Assembly (NCBI GenBank): GCA_045863235.1
Contig: BTUM01000102.1
Location: 1-25,764, forward strand
From: Candidatus Xenobia bacterium
Lineage (GTDB): Bacteria; Vulcanimicrobiota; Xenobia; Xenobiales; QWHO01
Direction: 5' to 3'
DNA length: 25,764 nt
The notes beneath the pieces are model-generated. The model made no database searches and had not been told where the DNA came from. It saw only the letters and a program-made list of their open reading frames with translations. Position 1 is the stretch's first letter, and every line of letters starts with the position of its first letter. Of the stretch, positions 23,585 through 25,764 are shown in pieces. The position numbers and the translations under genes are program-made.

Positions 23585-25764
23585 TCACCTCGCATTGATG
23601 TCATAGTGGGAGGGTATCCGCACTCTCTCGGTGGGAATTGGGTCCAGCGACTCAAAGGACTTAGAGCCATTGAGCCTGCTCCATTGGGAGCGGTGGACCT
23701 TCCAGAGGCTTCGATGACTGAGTGGCGAGCCATCGTCTTCCCCTTCGTACGTATGCCTGATGAAGTAGTAATAGTCATCGGTAATGGCACAGGCATATGC
23801 TGCTCCGTTTGTTGGGCCAGGAGCGAATCGCCGCCTTCAGCCAGGTTCGCCTCCAGCCAGGCGATGGCAGCGGTATCCGGGTCCTCGGAGATTCCGCCGA
23901 GCCCAACGAATCTCCTGATGATCCTCGTATCCATTTTGACGCTGTCAGGGATTAATGCCAGCGGCGCAGAAGCGTTATATCCCAGCGCCACGGTCTCGTT
24001 ACCCAGAACATTCTTCCAGGCGATTCCATGGCCTGTCGTGCCGAATTGGTGACCTGTGTTATCGCTGTTCAAATTTCCGATATCCAGGACGGAACAGCCA
24101 GCGACAATGAGGATTTTCAGGTTTTCTCCCCAGTATCCACTGACGGATCCTGGAGGGTTTCCGTCCAACTTTCCGCCGTCGTGAGTCCCGTGGGCCGAGA
24201 CATAGAAGCACCTGGCTTCGTTTTTGACTCTGGCCCAGAGTTTGCTCTTGAGGTTTGTCCCCAAGTAGACCTCGACGACCACATCCTCGTAGCCGGCAGC
24301 TCGAAGGGCATCTCGATTCGGAACGACGGTCTTCTTGTACTGAAGCTCCGGGTCGACTTCCTCCATGTCAACCTCATTGACGTCATGCCAGCTGGCCTTC
24401 CCATACTGCTCCCACCCCAGCGATTTAAGGAGGGCGATGAACTTCTCCGAATCCTGCCAGTTCTCGTAACCTGCATGAATCTGGCCGTTATACTCAGAGT
24501 TGCTGTTCGGATCGAAGATCGAGAAGGTTCTCTCCAACCCGCGTCTGAGACCCAGGGTATCCGTGCTGTCGCTGGTGGTCTGGCCCAGCGTGAAGATCCC
24601 TTTGTAGCCTGAACCACCGAAGTCAATGGTCATGAGGGGACCGAGCGCGAGGTTGATTCCTTGAGGGGCAGACTTGCTCAGTCGCGCCCGGATGGATATC
24701 GCTTGCTTCTTGCGCGTCCGAGCGAACACTCGCAGCTTCTTCGACTCGTTGGGTGCGATAAAAACGAAGCTGTTGTTTCGCCTGCCGAGCCACTCGGCGT
24801 CGATAAGAACGGTCGGGGGCTCTTGTGCGAGAGGTCCGACAAAGGGGTGAGGTGGGTCAAAGTCCAGGTTCTCGGAAGTCGCAAGCAACTCGCCTGTTTC
24901 CTCATCTTGGAGGACCAGGAGGATTTTCTCGTTGACCGTGAGGGCTGTTTGCGCAGTACCTGCTGCAGAGCCGACAGAGTTCACAAGAAGGGTGAGTTGG
25001 TATTCTCCCTCCGCAGCCAGCTCGTTGGCAGTGTCTCGTCCGTCCCAAAAGAGCTCCAGGGGGGTCGATGGTTGTGGATTTCCCGTTCCAGCATCCACCC
25101 ATAGTGTGCCATTGATGGTTCTTATCAGAGTTTCATCTTGAGCTTTGACCGTCAGCTCCCAGTCGGCCTGGAATGGCTCAGTGAAACCAACCGGGGTGAC
25201 CTGAGCCGTCAGATCGACCCCTTCCAGACCAGGCTGTTGGTCTTCAAAGGTCACCGGGTTAGGTTCGGCGCTCAGGGCGGTGACCAGAACACTCCTCTCG
25301 GCCCCGATGGAGTAGGGAAAGCTCCTGGCTGCGACCAGCCCATCCGAGGCGATCTCTGCCCGCACTTGCACGGTGTAGACCCCGTCAGGAAGGGCTCCGC
25401 CATCGGCTCCGGCTGCCTCCCAGGAGGCCTCGAAGAAGTCCTGGTTGTTGGCTCCCTGGAAAATCTGGTCGCCCAGGCCGGGCACCTCGATTGTGATGCT
25501 CCAGCTCACCTCGGGCGGAGTCGGGAAGCCCTGGATGATGGCGTAAGGGATGAGGGTTACGGGCCCCACCTGCCCGCTCTCCAGAGAGGGGGGCTCGCTG
25601 AAGAGGTAATCCAGCTCCAGGGTTTTAGTGCCGGGGACGAAGTATTCGATGGTCTCTTCGGCCAGCACCACAGGGTGACTACCGTTGGGGTTGGTGAGCG
25701 TCTTCTCCTGCACCCAGACCCTGAGCGTGGCGCGGTGATTGCCGGTGGAGGGCTGGCCCTGGTC
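23585..25764 (-). CDS. Large protein (5'-truncated) with FlgD-type Ig-like repeats and C-terminal putative clan CD protease domain; apparent frameshift near 23798-23836
   Basis: Frame is open from the window end. FlgD-Ig motifs SWEAAGADGGALPDGVYTVQV and LFWDGRDTANELAAEGEYQLTL. YVSAHGTHDG (His 24192-24190) and LIVAGCSVLD (Cys 24096-24094). The homologous C-terminus YACAITDDYYYF...LWKVHRSQW lies in a shifted frame ending at TGA 23587-23585; the unshifted frame ends at 23578. Confidence 0.75.

Noticed and set aside
1..25764. Composite transposon or prophage bounded by the two paralogous modules
   Set aside because: No transposase, integrase or phage genes; the flanking copies are only protein-level paralogs; the interior looks chromosomal.

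Overview
High-GC bacterial chromosomal window. I found no rRNA, tRNA, CRISPR array, transposase or integrase. The central ~20 kb holds a lipase-like alpha/beta hydrolase with disordered and repeat tails, two vapBC toxin-antitoxin pairs with apparently leaderless sigma70 promoters, and a giant Ser/Thr kinase-AAA-GAF-His kinase. It also holds a degenerate-GHKL/TPR protein, a beta-hairpin-repeat lipoprotein, a 4-gene operon with a Zn-ADH and a stripped-down ADH paralog, a glycine-zipper YiiX-type hydrolase, an UrtA-like binding protein coupled to a hybrid kinase, and a PspA-like gene. Two things stand out. (1) Each end of the window carries a paralogous, inward-pointing two-gene module. The first gene is a large protein (cut by the window edge) ending in an unannotated domain with a His-Gly...Cys dyad typical of caspase-hemoglobinase (clan CD) proteases. 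The second is a secreted TPR-like partner with a divergent N-terminus, a conserved C-terminal beta domain and an acidic tail. The right-hand module has a hidden frameshift, an internal GC drop and a 95-nt rod-like hairpin behind it, all suggestive of a polymorphic effector/partner system. (2) The motif TTTCAG-N5-TTTCAG-N10-(-10 box) occurs with identical spacing upstream of the lipoprotein and YiiX genes, and in degenerate form upstream of pspA, suggesting an OmpR-family envelope-stress regulon. All family calls come from motif recognition by eye; no database searches were run.
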